Shown here: positions 24,701 to 38,986 of the stretch, piece after piece | How positions within the stretch are numbered: the first letter of the stretch is position 1 | How the letters are laid out: each line of letters starts with the position of its first letter | Source: Eledone cirrhosa | Lineage: Eukaryota | Reading direction: 5' to 3' | Assembly (NCBI GenBank): GCA_964016885.1 | Contig: OZ024740.1 | Location: 403,682,001 to 403,746,000, forward strand | DNA length: 64,000 nucleotides | Program-made: the position numbers and the translations under genes | The notes under the pieces: generated by a model | What the model saw: the letters and a program-made list of their open reading frames with translations, nothing else | Databases searched by the model: none | Told to the model about the DNA's origin: nothing

Positions 24701-27631
24701 GACAGCCTATGCTAGACCTATCTATTTCCCTACAAAATACCCTATCTAGATATGATCTGGATGACCCGACGCGGTTTGTCCATGTCCACATTGGCACATT
24801 CGGGAAATCCAGACGGTACCTGTCAGACAGTTGAAACCATTTGAGCAGGTTTGCGAGGCTTTTACACCCTCCTCCCCTATCCGCTAATCCCACACTGTCC
24901 CAGCGTTCATCTAAGATTTCGTTCAAGTCGCCTACTAACACTAAAGAGCGGGACGTTCCAAGAAAAGTCTCCAGATGCCGAAAGAAATCAGGCCGCCTTG
25001 CTCCTGTCGGGGCATAGTCGGCCACTAGCCTGAAAGCTTGCCCGTCTCCGCTGGTCACGTCCAGCACCACCAACTTACCTTCTGGGTCCAGGAAGATGGC
25101 CCGTATGGCGAGATCCAAACGTCTCCGAAAAAGCACAGCAACTCCTCCCCCCGATCCAGGACAGTTGGAAGATGCGTACACATCGTAGCCGCCGAAAACC
25201 TGTGCGAAGGCTCGTGTTTCGGAGATTCTAGTCTCGCTGAGATTCTGAGGTCGTTGAGCAGGTGGCTCTGCTTCCAAGACGATCCCAGGCCCACGCATTT
25301 ATGCTGCCTATTCTGAGAGAGGTCATGTTGAAAAGGAGTGGAAAAGATGGGAAAGACCACTTACCTTACTTCTCGTAGAGGAAGGATGGTTTCTTCATCC
25401 TTCTCACTGCTTGTGGTCTCCTCCGGAAGGATGTCCTTATAAATCCTCCTGGAGAGTGTTTGTCGGAAGTCTCTGATGTCTTTGGGGAATTTTTGTTTTA
25501 GTGTCGTGTACGTTTTCTGTGTGATGCGAGTGATTTGTATGTGTGGAGGTGGTGTGAATTTTTGGGGTGTTGTGTAGTGTGTTTCTGTGATGCTGGTGTT
25601 GTGTTGGATGTAGTGTAATAATTGGTTGTTGTTCAAATTTAATTGTTTCTACTTTAGGCAGAAGGCCAGCAATTACCCAGTGCATTACTGGTACTTTAGT
25701 TGTTGTTCAAATTTAATGCTGTGTAGTGTGTATCGTTTTGGTTGTTTTGTTTTGTTTGAGTTTGTTGTGCGTTTGTTTCTGTTTCGCTTTTTGGTGATTT
25801 TTGTGGTATTGGTGGTGTTGGGGTTAATGATGGTGATGGTGTTGGTGTTTGTGGTGATGGGGCTGGTGATGCTGGTGTGGGTGGTGGCATAGCTGTCTTA
25901 ACTTTTTTGTTTGTTTGCTTATTTGATTCCCCCTGCATTTTGTTTTTGGAGGGAGAAGGAAGAGAATTTTTTCTTTTTTGGGTTCTTTTTTTTTTCTTTT
26001 TTACTGATATCGTTTCCCACTCCTCCTCATCGTCACAATATGTCTCCAGTTGGGATAGGTCGGGAGTGGAAAATCCTCCACATGCGTTGGTTTTAGTTGT
26101 GGCGTGGTGGATTGTGGAAGCGCTGGTGCTAATTCTGGCGCAGTGGGTGGTGGTGGTGTTGGTTTTGCTACTGTTGCTGCTACAGTTGCTTCTGTTGTTG
26201 CTGCTATAGTTGTTGCTGCCATTTCTGCTGCTGGTGGTTTTGATGGTTGAGTCACTGGGGTGGGTAGGTGAGATGGCCTCAACTTTTTAGCCTGAGGGCA
26301 GAAAGCCTTTAGGTGGGTTCCTTCGCCACAAACGACACACCTAGGCCTTCTACTCCCAACGATTACGGTGAGGTGGTTGCCGTCATTGAGGTCTATCACC
26401 TCTGGAATTTCCGCAATGTTTTTTTGGTCCGCTTGGATCAGGAGCTCCATCCCAGATCCGGACCAGTTCTCCTGCTTTTCGTTTGTTACCTCAATTATTT
26501 TCGTGTTGTCCTCGATTCCGGCGAAGACAGCCATTAGCCAGGGAATTTCGATGGCCGGAGGATCGTGGGTCACCCTGACCTTCACGAGTCTCTGGCCACA
26601 ACAGCTTGGGACGAGTGTGAACTTATCACTTCTTAATTGGGCCATAGAGTGCTCTCTGGCTTCCTGTCGGGTTCCAAAGAACACGTTCACGGTTCCATAT
26701 TTCTGCCCACGTCTGATGTGGGATTTTTTCGCCCACACATGTCCCAAAGCTTTTTGTATCTAGGACTCGAATGTCCGTTCCACTCGGCGTGATTTTGTGT
26801 TTATCGTCCGATATGACAGGGTGCATAGGCGCCGATGCTCCATTTTATTAGCTGTGTGTGTGTGTGTGTGGGGGGGGGGGGCTTACCTTGTAGCCGTCTT
26901 TTTTTTACCATTCCCTTGGATTCATTTAATTCATCCTGGCTTACTTCGATTGTTTACGCTTTTCTTGGCTGCTTTGGCAAACGACACATTTTGTTTTACG
27001 CTGGTGTTGATGTTGTTGTTGTTATTCTCATTGTTGTTGTTGCTGTTGTTGTTATTGTTATTTTTGTTATTGTTATTTTTAGTTTCAGTTGTGGTGGTGG
27101 TGGTGGTGGTGGTGATGATGGTGTCAGTGGTGCTCGGTGTGGAAGAGTCGATTCTGGGTGAATCCATTTCGATGTCACGAAATAATAATTTTTTTTTTGT
27201 TTCCGTTGTCGCTGTGGTGGTGGTGGTGGAGGTGGCGGCTTTAACACCTGCAGTTATTGGTAATGGCGGGAAATGAATGTATGCATGTGAAAAATTTAAA
27301 TTATTGCCACTGCTTATATTTTTAGTGTTGGCAACCGTAGTAATGTTTACAATGGTGGTGTTGGTGTGAGGTGTTAGTTTGTGAGGAAGGCTGTCAGCTT
27401 TGTATGGCTGAGAGGCGTCCATGTTTTTTTTCAAAGAACGTTTTTGTTTGATAATTATGAAAGTTTAAATTTTGGGCTCAAGGCCCCAATATTATTTACT
27501 GTCCTTTTCAGAAAGTAATATATGTGAACTTATAGACACTTAACAACAAAAATTTTCTACCAATTTGAAACAACTGAAAACAACAAACCTTTGCGGAGAT
27601 CACGATAATACGATTTCCTACGTAGGTCGCC
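21778..27631 (-). mobile_element. Tx1/L1-clade LINE copy 3, near full length and decayed (ORF1 with CCHC knuckle, ORF2 APE-RT)
   Basis: ORF1 CVVCGEGTHLKAFC; ORF2 ISETRI, LVGDLN, GPGYWKLN, DQSKAFDRVDH, YADD, CPRC...HALGQC; (TAA)n at both ends; SINE fragment at about 25640-25700. Confidence 0.9.

Positions 27632-27693
<62 letters not shown>
27632..27693. repeat. (TAA)n microsatellite between two divergent LINE 5' ends
   Basis: Direct reading. Confidence 0.95.
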
Positions 27694-27694
<1 letters not shown>

Positions 27695-30420
27695 CCCTAC
27701 TTCCCTTAGCAGCAGCAGCAACAGCAACAATAGTAACCGATGTTACTGGCCTTGTAAAACGAAAACGCAATGGAAAAAAACAAACAAACAAAAAAAACTA
27801 AGTCAGACATTCAAACATTACAATGAAACTTATGTTTATTTTTTTAAGTTTTTATCTATTTATTTGTTTATTTATTTATGTTCGTCTATAGCGTGATGGT
27901 GCCACGTTAAAATCACCGGGGGTGATGAAATCACTGGGGGTGATGAAATGACCGGTGGTTATGTAACCATACATTCACCAATCCTCGATATGAGTGTTTA
28001 AATGTCGAACCTAAACAGTTCGAATAACGGTGTAGAGGAGACTGGAGCGGCATGTGACAGACTCTCACTCAGCAAGTGCTCCCTGACCCAGAAGCAGGGA
28101 CCTGGCTGTCATCCAAATACTGCTGGTGTTGGAGGAAGAAGAAGAAGGAAAGGGACAAGAACCAACTGGACGAAAGAATTGAATAGAACTGTTATGCAAT
28201 GTTACCTGAAGAGTAACCCCAAGTAAAAAGGCTATATGAAACGGATGCATAACATCTGGAACGAGATTGGTCTATTTAAATTAGATGAACAAAAATTGGC
28301 CGGGCAGGCCCGGGTAATAAGAACTAATGGATGGATAATCGAGTTGGAACTGGAGGAACTGAGCAGAGAGATTAGGTTGGAAATGGAGAGTGGAGTGTGC
28401 CAGGCAAATGAGCCAGTGGGAAATGAAGGTGAAGAGGTTGAAAGACCGGAGGAAGCATCCGAAGCAGACAATGATCTGAATGCTGAAATAAATAACATCT
28501 GGAACAAAGATACGGCCATTGAGGAAATGAATGCTGACGGGCTAGGACAAGATTTGGTTGATATCCTAAACTTAGTGGTAGATGAAATTAACAATGATAG
28601 TGGGAAACCTATGAACCTAAGATTTGTAGACAGAAAAAATTAAAAGAAACAACAAAGTCAGGTAAACAAAGTCATCCCATACCCTGAGGCGAGGAACCTT
28701 CACCAATGCAACAATATCCTCAAAGCAACAGCAAATGCGGCGAGGAAATTACTTGGCATAAAAACGAGAGGAAACAACAAACAAGAAAGATCAGAACCTT
28801 GGTGGAAGAAACGACTGAATGGTCAAATCAGGGAAATGAGAAATGACATTGGAAAGCTTGAGCCCCTACTGAATGGGACACTACCAAACATAGACACTAA
28901 AAATAGACTGGAAATAAAGTACAAAACTAGGAGGAAAAAGCTAAATATGTTGGATGTACTTGTTGACACTGTCCGTATTTTCAGCAATGATATATATATG
29001 GAATTTGGTATTAATAAGTTTGGAGTCCTAGTGATGAAGAGGGGTAAGTTGAGCAGAAGCAACGGAATCCAGGTACCAACAGGTGATATGATAAAGGAAA
29101 TTGACACTGAGGAGGGATACAAATATTTAGGTGTTCTGGAGGCAGATGACATCAAGAACAAAAAAAATGAAGGAATTGATAAGATCTAAGTACATAAGGA
29201 GAGTAAGGAGCGTATTAAAATCACGTCTAAATAGTAGGAATGTCATAAGTGCAGTGAATTCCCGAGCTGTGTCTATTATTAGGTACAGTGCGGGAATTCT
29301 GATATGGAATGTTGCTGAACAAAAAGAAATGGATAGGAAGACTAGGAAGCTATTGACTATCTACAGCATGTTCCACAAGAGGAGTGATGTCGATAGACTC
29401 TACTTAAAGAGATCTGAAGGTGGAAGAGGTCTTATCAGCATAGAGGACTGTGTTCAGATGGAGAAAAACAACCTGCACAAGTATGTGACTGACAGTAGGG
29501 AGCCAATGTTCAAAATTGTACTGAAGGAGAAGACAACATACCAGGGGATGTCCAAGGAGGAAATAACAACAAGGAGGAAGAGTAACCTTCATGAAAAATC
29601 CCTTCATAGTGCCTTCTTTAAGAAAACGGAATTTAGAGATCCACAGACATGGAACTGGTTAAAAAGAGGAGACCTTAAAAAAGCTACAGAAGGAATGCTA
29701 ATGGCTGCACAAGAGCAGGCCCTCAGAACGAAGTGGGCGAAAAACCATATTGACAAGGAGGAGGCTAGCCCACTGTGCAGGATCTGCGGAGAGAGAGAGG
29801 GGACTGTGACTCACATTGTATCCGAGTGTAAACACCTAGCCCAGACTCACTATAAAGGCTGGAAACATGATGTGATGGGCAGGGTGATCCACTGGGGTCT
29901 AGGCAAAGTAAACAATTTACCACATTCGGAGAAGTGGTATTAGCATAAGCCAGAGTCGGTGATAGAAAACGATCAGGTGAAGGTGCTATGGGATTTTAGG
30001 ATACAGACGGACAAAAAATTAGAACACAATAGGCCTGACCTGGTGGTTTTGGACAAGGAAAAAAGATCGTGCTTGATTGTATATGTAGCCTGCCGATTTG
30101 ACACGAGAGTGCAAGAAAAGGAGAAGGAGAAAATTAACCGATACCAGGATTTAAAGTGGGAGTTAAAAAGGATTTGGAACTGAAATCAAGGTCGTCCCGA
30201 TTGTCATAGGCGCACTAGGTACTATCTCAAAGAGTTTCCAAGGATAGTTAAAGAAGATTAGTCCAGCCCCGCTTTTTGGAACACTTCAAAAAGCATGCTT
30301 GCTGGAAACAGCAAGAACCCTCCGATACGTCCTGAATATCTGAGGCTGCAAGTAGCGGCTTGATATTCATTTCAACAAACTTTCCAGTTAAATAACGTCA
30401 ATGACTGAGACTCAAAGAAC
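27694..30420 (+). mobile_element. R4/Dong-type RLE non-LTR retrotransposon with most of the RT deleted
   Basis: YKYLG, RLYLKRSEGGRGL, AAQEQAL, CRICGE...HIVSEC, KHD, RPDLVV...KEKEKINRYQDL (PD-D/ExK nuclease); deletion near 28945; ends in AATAATAATA. Confidence 0.9.
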
Positions 30421-30429
30421 AATAATAAT

Positions 30430-30665
30430 AATTGTTTCTACTTTTGGCACAAGGCCAGCAATTAGCTAGTGCATTACTAGTACTTTAATTTATCGACCCC
30501 GTAAGGATGAAAGGCAAAGTTAACCTCGGCGGGATATGATGGTTTCTTATATAGGCACAAGACCAGCAATTTTGGGGTGAGGGGAAAGTCGATTAAATCG
30601 ACATCAGTACGTTACTGGTACTTTATTTTATCGACCCCACCAGGATGAAAGGCAAAGTTAATCTC
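30430..30665 (-). mobile_element. Two truncated SINE copies
   Basis: TTTATCGACCCC...GATGAAAGGCAAAGTTAA occurs twice. Confidence 0.7.
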
Positions 30666-30684
30666 GTAATAACAATAATAATAA

Positions 30685-31272
30685 TTTCTTTATTGGTCAC
30701 AAGGGCTACATATTGGAGACAATACAATAGACAGGGACCGTATGTTTTACATATATAACGGGTAAAAAATATAAATAACAAAATAACAAGAAAGATTCAA
30801 CAATGAAAATTCCCCAATAGGAGGGATAACCACCCAGGAGCGACTCAGGTACCCTACCAATCCTGAAAAACCTATCTATGTGCGATCTAGATGGCCCTGC
30901 GTTTGGTCCAGATTCACACTGGCGCATTGGGAAAATTTTGTCGGTACCCGTCAGATAGTTGGAACTGGTCGATCAGGTACTTGATGATTTCCTATCAGCG
31001 CCCAAAAATGTCCCACCGACTGGCCCCGGGTCGGGGCGTAGATGGCCACCTGTCTGAAGGCACCACTTTCGCTATTTTTCACGCCCAGACCACAAACTTA
31101 CCGTCCAGAAAATTAAACTTGCCTAAAGATCCAGGGCTTTCGCTACCACCCCACCTCCCATTCCTGGGCGACTAAGAGATGCGAAAATTGGGTCTAGTGT
31201 CCGCATGTCGAAATCCTGGTCCCGCTGACGGCAATGACATCCATATCTTGTGACCTAAGGTCATTCAGCAGG
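30685..31272 (-). mobile_element. Internally deleted Tx1 element (APE start fused to the 3' UTR)
   Basis: RLLNDLRSQDMDVIAVSGTRI at 31200-31272; Tx1-type 3' UTR and AATAAAG at 30685-30850. Confidence 0.65.
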
Positions 31273-31414
<142 letters not shown>

Positions 31415-31769
31415 TATACATATATGTGCGTGTATGTTGTGTGTGTGTGTATTTACATTTGTAACGAGTTTGTATCTTGATACACTGACATACAAATATC
31501 CATATACTTAGATTGTTTTCCTTCCTTATGTTTCCCCTTTGGGACAGAATTAAATAATCGAATTCCCTGCAACTTTGTGAGCTAAGCTGAATATAATTGA
31601 ACATCAAAGTCAGGAATATGAAAATATTGACACTTCTCACTTCTGATAGTATCTTTATATGAGGTGCAGCCATGGTTGTGTGTTTAAGGAAATTGCTTCG
31701 AATTACATCATTTTTGGTTCTGTTCTACTACGTAGATTATGTGATATAATCTCGGGTTGATGTACGGAA

Positions 31770-32450
31770 ACTGCATGGACACCCGTCTGTGTTGTGACTG
31801 GGGTCCATTGTGAGATTCGGGTTTTCAACTTCATACACCATTGCTTAGCTGATGCAACAAGTTTTGATCCTGAGCATACTTGCATCCCAGCAGCAACCAG
31901 CCATGGATCAGCCCTTTTTATCCAAAGCCGCCTTGTCAGGTTATCCGGGACTTCGCTCGTGGATCAAATGTTTCTTCTTTCACTACTTGTGTAAAACCCA
32001 ATCAGTTGAAGACCTTCCTGAAAGAGCCTCTACAACACATCTCAAAAGGTTAATAACATGTTTTCCAGCTTCAGTCCTGGTACGTATCTCCCAGTTGATG
32101 GTAGTTTCTGTGTTTTCTCCCGTTACCCATCTCAATGCTTTCTTAGAGCACTTTAACTTCCAGCATGATGAATTGTCTCATTGATTCCGATGCGATCATA
32201 TCTGGCATGATAAATTTCGGTACGATGGAAACTTCAACAACTTGCTTAAATTGACATTTAACCTCTGACAGCTGCCTGTCAGAAGCCATTGTTCTTGGAT
32301 GTGTACAAAGCGTTCCAACTACTTGATTAAATGGACATGCAGCTGTCAGTCAGAGGCCATTGTTCTTGGCTGTGTACAAAGCATTCCTCCAGTTTTAATA
32401 AAGGCAATGGATTTCATTTTGGCATGTAGTTATTTAAGTGAGCCGATGTT
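31770..32450 (-). mobile_element. Hero-clade RLE retrotransposon 3' fragment, decayed
   Basis: Manual translation: MPDMIASESMRQFIMLEVKV...GRKHRNY...WKTCY*PFEMCCRG...RRLWIKRADPW, matching the Hero endonuclease C-terminus as recalled. Confidence 0.7.
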
Positions 32451-32812
32451 AGTGGATATGCTTCCTTCCAGCAAAAGTTCTAAGCTTTTGGTCATGTGCG
32501 TATCATATAAAGACCACACAAATGTAAATATTCTGCTTAAAGACAATTAGAAACCAACAGATGAAAATAGCTTCTGAAACAATATTTCTGTTCTGTAGTA
32601 ACTACTTCAAAATATTAAACCTAAAATGTTTCAGATAAATAAATATGCTTATACAGTATATGGTTAACCGTATAAATCTAATTGTATGTCTTTAGCTCTA
32701 CTGATTAGATGATTTGTACAGTTTTGAAATGATGCACAAGTGTTTGAAGGTGCAATAAATATAGTGGTGGCCATATGATGAATCTATATATATAATATAT
32801 ATATATATATAA

Positions 32813-33282
<470 letters not shown>

Positions 33283-33559
33283 CATTATCTATAAAAGGCA
33301 GATTGTTGTTGTTGTTGTGTGTGTGTGTGCATGTTCCATGTTTATACATTTGCACAATTTCAAACCAATTCGACTGAAAGTCTGTAAGAATGTTGTAAAT
33401 GGTCTAACTTAGGTCAATGACTATTTATTTCATTCAAACTCACCCAAAGGTACGGAAATAATCGATAAAACTAAATACATGACGCTTTAGCCCTCTAATA
33501 CCTTCTGATTTACTCTTCCTAACTTCCCTTAAAAATCGAAAAAAAAAAATACATGCTGA

Positions 33560-33852
33560 AACCTACCCACTCCTTACTAATTTCCTTTAGAGAGAGAGAG
33601 AAAAAAATAAAGGAGTGAGCCAGAGACAAACGTTAAATACATGACGCTTATAAACCCACTCCTTAATAATTTCCTTTAGAGAGAGAGATAAAAATAAAGG
33701 AGTGAGCTAGAGAGTGAGAAACAGAGACAAACGTTAAATACATGACGCTTATAAACCCACTCCTTAATCATTTCCTTTAGAGAGAGAGAAAAAATAAAGG
33801 AGTGAGCTAGAGAGTGAGAGACAGAGACAAACGTTAAATACCTGACGCTTAC
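33560..33852 (+). repeat. Three ~90-100-bp tandem repeats in the Helitron 5' region
   Basis: ACCCACTCCTTA...TTTCCTTTAGAGAGAG...GGAGTGAGC...ACAAACGTTAAATACATGACGCTTA three times. Confidence 0.85.
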
Positions 33853-34201
33853 ATTTTATACCAAACTACAATTATTCAAAAGCAACAGATAAATTTATTC
33901 AACAATATCTTATATACGCTTAAAATCTTTTTTTTAAACATCTATCATTCAACTCACACACAATTACATTTTGTGTATAACATATTTACACGTTTATTGA
34001 GTGGAAAAAAAAACCACATAGGGATTTTTGGCCAAACAACTTGAAATTGCTGACAAGCGCGCTTTCAACAAACTGTGAGTTATTTATTTGCCGTTCGTTC
34101 TCCCATTTTTCCCCCTGCGGAACGCAGACAGTTTTCAGCCTTATACTTTCAAAGGCAATTTTGCTGTAGAAGTAATTTTCACCCTTTCTTTTTCATATAA
34201 A

Positions 34202-37200
34202 ATGCCACCTAAAAAGAGAAGTCGCCTCGGTCGCCATACCGCGCCAGCGGCGGCGCAGAGGGCGATTACAGCAAACGAGTCCCCCGAGGAAACTGCTTTA
34301 AGACTTTCACAGAGCGCCTTACGTTCAGCGGAATGCAGAGCTGCTGAAAGTTTTCAACAACGCACTGCACGCCTAGCCAAGATGGCTTCATACGACGCCT
34401 CGAGACGTGCTGCGATGTGCGATTCAGAGCGGGCGATACGCCATTCCCCCCAAAACGCTTCTACTGCTACTTCCAGAGCTTCAGAGGGCCCGGAAAAAAG
34501 GTCGACTCGCCTGAATAGAAACGCTGCTGCTACTGCTGTTTCCAGGGCTTCAGAGGGCCCGGAACAAAGGGCGGCTCGACTGACTAGAAACGCTGCAGCT
34601 ACTGCTGCTTCCAGGGCTTTGGAAGGTTTGGAACGGCGGACGAATCGCCTTGCTAGGAACGCTGCGTCTATGACTGCTTCATGGCTTCTGAAGATGCAGA
34701 CGGGCGCTCCATTAGGATTGCAAGGGTGGCTTCTGCTACTGCTGCGAGAGCTTCCCACGACCCACAGGAGCAACATTCTACGTTGGAGCGGAACAGTCGA
34801 CGACAAGAAGCTGCCCGCGGTGTGACGAGCCCCAACAGCCCATACTGACACCTACGGGCTTTCAAGTATGAGCCCAACGTTAACTACTCGATGCGTGCCG
34901 ACATAAATATAGGGGAAATGCGATTCAATTGCAAATTCTGCAATGCTAAAAAGTGGGCTGGGGAGCCACCTGCAATGTGCTGCTTAAACGGTAAGGTCAG
35001 CTTGCCCCCTCTTGGGGAACCACCAGAGCCTTTGAAGGAATTACTTACTGGTTCTACCTCAAGGTCATCCAATTCCTTCAACTCATCAGGAAGTACAATT
35101 GTGCGTTTCAAATGACTTCTTTCGGGGCTAACGTTGTCGGAGAAAGTGGTTGGATGCCTACTTTCAAGGTTCAGGGGCAGGTGTACTATCTTATTGGGTC
35201 GCTACAAAATTGCAAGCCTTCGTTCCTTCAAATTTACTTCATTTCTAACTACAGTAGGCTAGTTTATGCGCGGTTCGGCGTTATTCCAACACCTGCAAAC
35301 ACTGACGCTGACACTTTTGAAAGGGACGTGCTGCTCGGTCTTCAAAACCTGCTTCATGAGCACAACAGTTATATTCGCAGTTTCAAATACACATTGGAAA
35401 CAAATCCTTCACCAAACTTCACCATTGTCATCGATGCTGACAAAAGACCATCTGGGGAGCACGCACGCCGTTATAACGCTCCATCGTGCAATGAAGTGGC
35501 CGTAGTTATCCATGGTGAACAGCACAATAAGCAAGACATAGTTCTTCAAAGTCGTGACAGTGGTCTTCGACGTATTAATGAGACGCATCGTTCATACGAC
35601 GCCCTGCAGTATCCCCTTCTTTTTGCATACGGAGAAGACGGGTACCATTTCGGCATTCCTCAGCGCAAACCAAACGAGCCCACTGCTGCGACATCTAAAA
35701 CTGTTTCATGCATGGCTTTATACTCATACCGCTTCATGACGAGGCCTAACGATTTCAGCACCCTACACAGGTCACGGGAACTGTTTCACCAGTTTGCAGT
35801 TGACATGGCTGCAAAGATGGAGACGAAGAGACTGTGCTTCATAAAATTGAATCAGAAGCAGCTGCGCTCAGACTCCTACATCCATTTGCGTGACGGCATC
35901 AGGAATGACACTGACCCCCGGAACATCGGCAAAATGTGCATTCTCCCCTCAATCTATACGGGGGGGGGGGGGCTGTACATGCACGAGTGCACACAGGACG
36001 CTATGACGTTCGTTCGGCCTTTATTCATCACGTTTACGTGTAACCCCAAGTGGGTTGAGGTTACGCGGGAACTTATCCCAGGGCAGCAGTACTGCCATCG
36101 GCATGATATTATTGCCAGGGTTTTCAGGCAGAAGCTGGCTAAGCTAATTGATCTAATAAAAAAGGGAAGGTTTTCGGGCTTGTTAGGTGCCACATGTATA
36201 CTGTTGAGTAGCAGAAGAGAGGGTTGCTACACGCGCACATTTTGGTGTGATTGGTCATCAAAATAGACCCTACAGTTCTAGATGACGTCATCGCAGCGGA
36301 AATACCGGACCCCGTTGTTGACCGGCAGCTGTACGACATTGTGAATGCATACATGGTGCACGGTCCGTACGGTCCCGGTTTTCAGGAGTTCTCTTCATGC
36401 CACAAGGACCATGTGTGCACTAAACGATACCCAAAGAGGTTAGTTGAGGAGATCCACACCGGCGGCGACGGATACCCACTGTACAGACGAAGGCGGCCTG
36501 AGAACGGTGGATTCACTATTACGTTACAGGGTCATCAAGTTGATAATAGGTGGGTGGTCCCGTACTGTCCATTTCTGATGAAAACTTTCAACGCTCATAT
36601 AAATGTGGAGTTCTGTCATTCAGTGAAGTCGATAAAGTACATATGTAAATATGTTAACAAGGGTTCCGACGATGCCATGTTCGGCCTTCAAAACGACAAT
36701 AGCAGGGACGAAGTCTCGGAGTACTTGGCAGGTCGATATATCAGCAATGGTGAATCTTTTTGGCGGATATTCGGGTTTCCAGTTCACCAAAGGCACCCCG
36801 CCATCATACAACTAGCGGTTCATTTGGAAAACGGCCCGCGGGCTTACTTTACTGAACAGACTGCTGCTCATTTGGCGGCCAATCCAAAAGAAACAACTTT
36901 GATTGTTTTTTTTACGCTTTGCCAAATTGACATATTTGCAAAAACACTTTCATATCCTCAGGTCCCGTCCTACTACGTGTGGTCAAACAACACTTGGGTG
37001 CGTAGGAAGTCAGGTCAGGATGTTGAAGGACATCTTGGTGTCAAGTTTGACAGCTGTATAGGAAGAGTGTACACTGTACCTCCCAACCAGCATGAGTGTT
37101 TTCACCTGCGCATTCTCCTCCATGAGGTTTTTGGCCCACAAAGCTTTCGAGACATAAGAACTGTTGACGGTGAATTATGTGATACTTTCCGGGAAGCCTG

Positions 37201-38415
37201 CTTTAGGCATGGCCTTTTGGAGGATGATTCACAATGGGGCGCCACTATGGCAGAGGGCGTTTTGTAGAAATCTCCTAAAAGACTAAGATCGCTTTTCACT
37301 ATTCAACTCGACTTGGGTGATCCGGCCTCTTTATGGCTTAGCTACAAAGATTACATGTCTGAATATTTCCTGCGTCACGCTCAGTTGCTAAACCCATCGA
37401 TGGAGGTCGGGTACAGTGACCTCATTTACAACAGGGCGCTGCTTGAAATCGAAGATACTGTTCTCGATATGGGCGGTAGTGCGTTGGCGGTGTATGGCCT
37501 ACCTTCAACGTTATTTCCAAGGGGACTAGATCTGATGCAGAACGTGCGTGTCTTAAGTCATCCGCATTGTGGCCCTTGGTGAAGACACTGAAACTTCACA
37601 CTAACATGCGTGCACATATGCGAGGTGATATCGCATCAGCAGCATTTTCTCACACCCTCCTTGCACTTGGCGAAGGCGTTTTGCCCGGGGATGAAAAGGG
37701 TAATATTGCCATCGACTCACTTTGTACCGTTGTTAGTACGCCTTCTGATCTCAGGGATGCAGTGTTCCCATATCTCCAAGCAAATTATCAGAATATGGAT
37801 TGGCTTGCCCAAAGGGCTATTCTGGCCCCGAGGAATAAAACTGTTAACCATATTAATGATCAAATGCTAAAACTTATTCCTGGAGATGGCTACGTATATA
37901 AGTCTATCGATAGAACTCCTGACCCCGAGGACGTCATCAACTATCCAATAGAGGTACTAAATTCCTTTGAGCCCCCCGGATTACCCCCACACATTTTGAA
38001 ACTTAAAGTTGGTGAGCCTATAATGCTCATTCGAAATTTGGTTCCGCCGAAACAATGTAATGGCACACGTTTGGTCGTTAAGTCCTTAGCTCCCAATCTG
38101 ATTGAGGCCACGATAATCACAGGGTGCGGTCGGGGCAAGGTTGTGCTCATACCGAGGATGCATCTTTTCCCATCAGGAGCAGACCTACCTTTCACATTTC
38201 GGAGGTCCCAGTTCCCGGTCAGGCCATGCTTCGCAATGTCAATTAATAAAGCGCAGGGGCAAACACTGTCTGTCGCGGTAATACATTTGGGGGAGCCATG
38301 TTTCTCTCATGGTCAGCTTTACGTTTGCTGCTCGCCTGTCGGCAGTAAGAGTGATGATTTCGCGTTCGTTCCGCAAGGAAAAACAAAAAACATTGTGTAC
38401 AAGGAGGTTTTATAG
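34202..38415 (+). pseudogene. Helitron RepHel transposase (Zn finger, HUH Rep domain, Pif1-like helicase), frameshifted
   Basis: CKFCNAKKWAGEPPAMCCLNGKV; FITFTCNP; VE*QKRGLLHAHIL; KYICKYVNKG; LHTNMR; RAILAPRN; CNGTRL; FAMSINKAQGQT...FSHGQLYV. Confidence 0.92.
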
Positions 38416-38810
38416 GATTACCTCGATTCCTAATTTTATAACTTTTTTATTTTTTTATTTTTTGCCCTTTCGTGAGTACTTTCTAAGTAGGTTAACCTTC
38501 ACTGCAGTGCACTGGACACTCCCCACCATCTGCCGTACAAAGGCTGATTCTCGCGGCGTTACAAAGCTTCATTGCAACTCCCACCCTACCCAAATATCAG
38601 GTGTTGCTCCTCACCAACCCCCGTTTGGTGGGCCTCGGAGGACCGTGGACAGGTTAGTATTTAATTTCCGTACGACTCTCAAAGGGTGAACAATGCTTTA
38701 ATGAGGGGATTTACATTTTTAGGCGATTCCTTGCAATATACTGTCGAGTGCTTCTAATCTATTGTAAAATTGTATTCGTTGAATAATCAACGAACCATAT
38801 TAATCTTTGG

Positions 38811-38846
<36 letters not shown>

Positions 38847-38931
38847 GAAAGTATAGAAATTATTGTGAGCGTGAGGCCAACAGTATTTCATAATATATAA
38901 TGATTATATATATATATATATATATATAATG

Positions 38932-38986
<55 letters not shown>

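Larger units (their letters stand above)
33288..38700 (+). mobile_element. Autonomous-type Helitron, decayed; 3' terminus not identified
   Basis: A|TC start, internal ~100-bp tandem repeats, Rep and Pif1-like helicase coding regions. Confidence 0.85.

Noticed and set aside
33560-33852. CRISPR-like regular repeats
   Set aside because: No unique spacers; simple tandem repeats inside a eukaryotic Helitron
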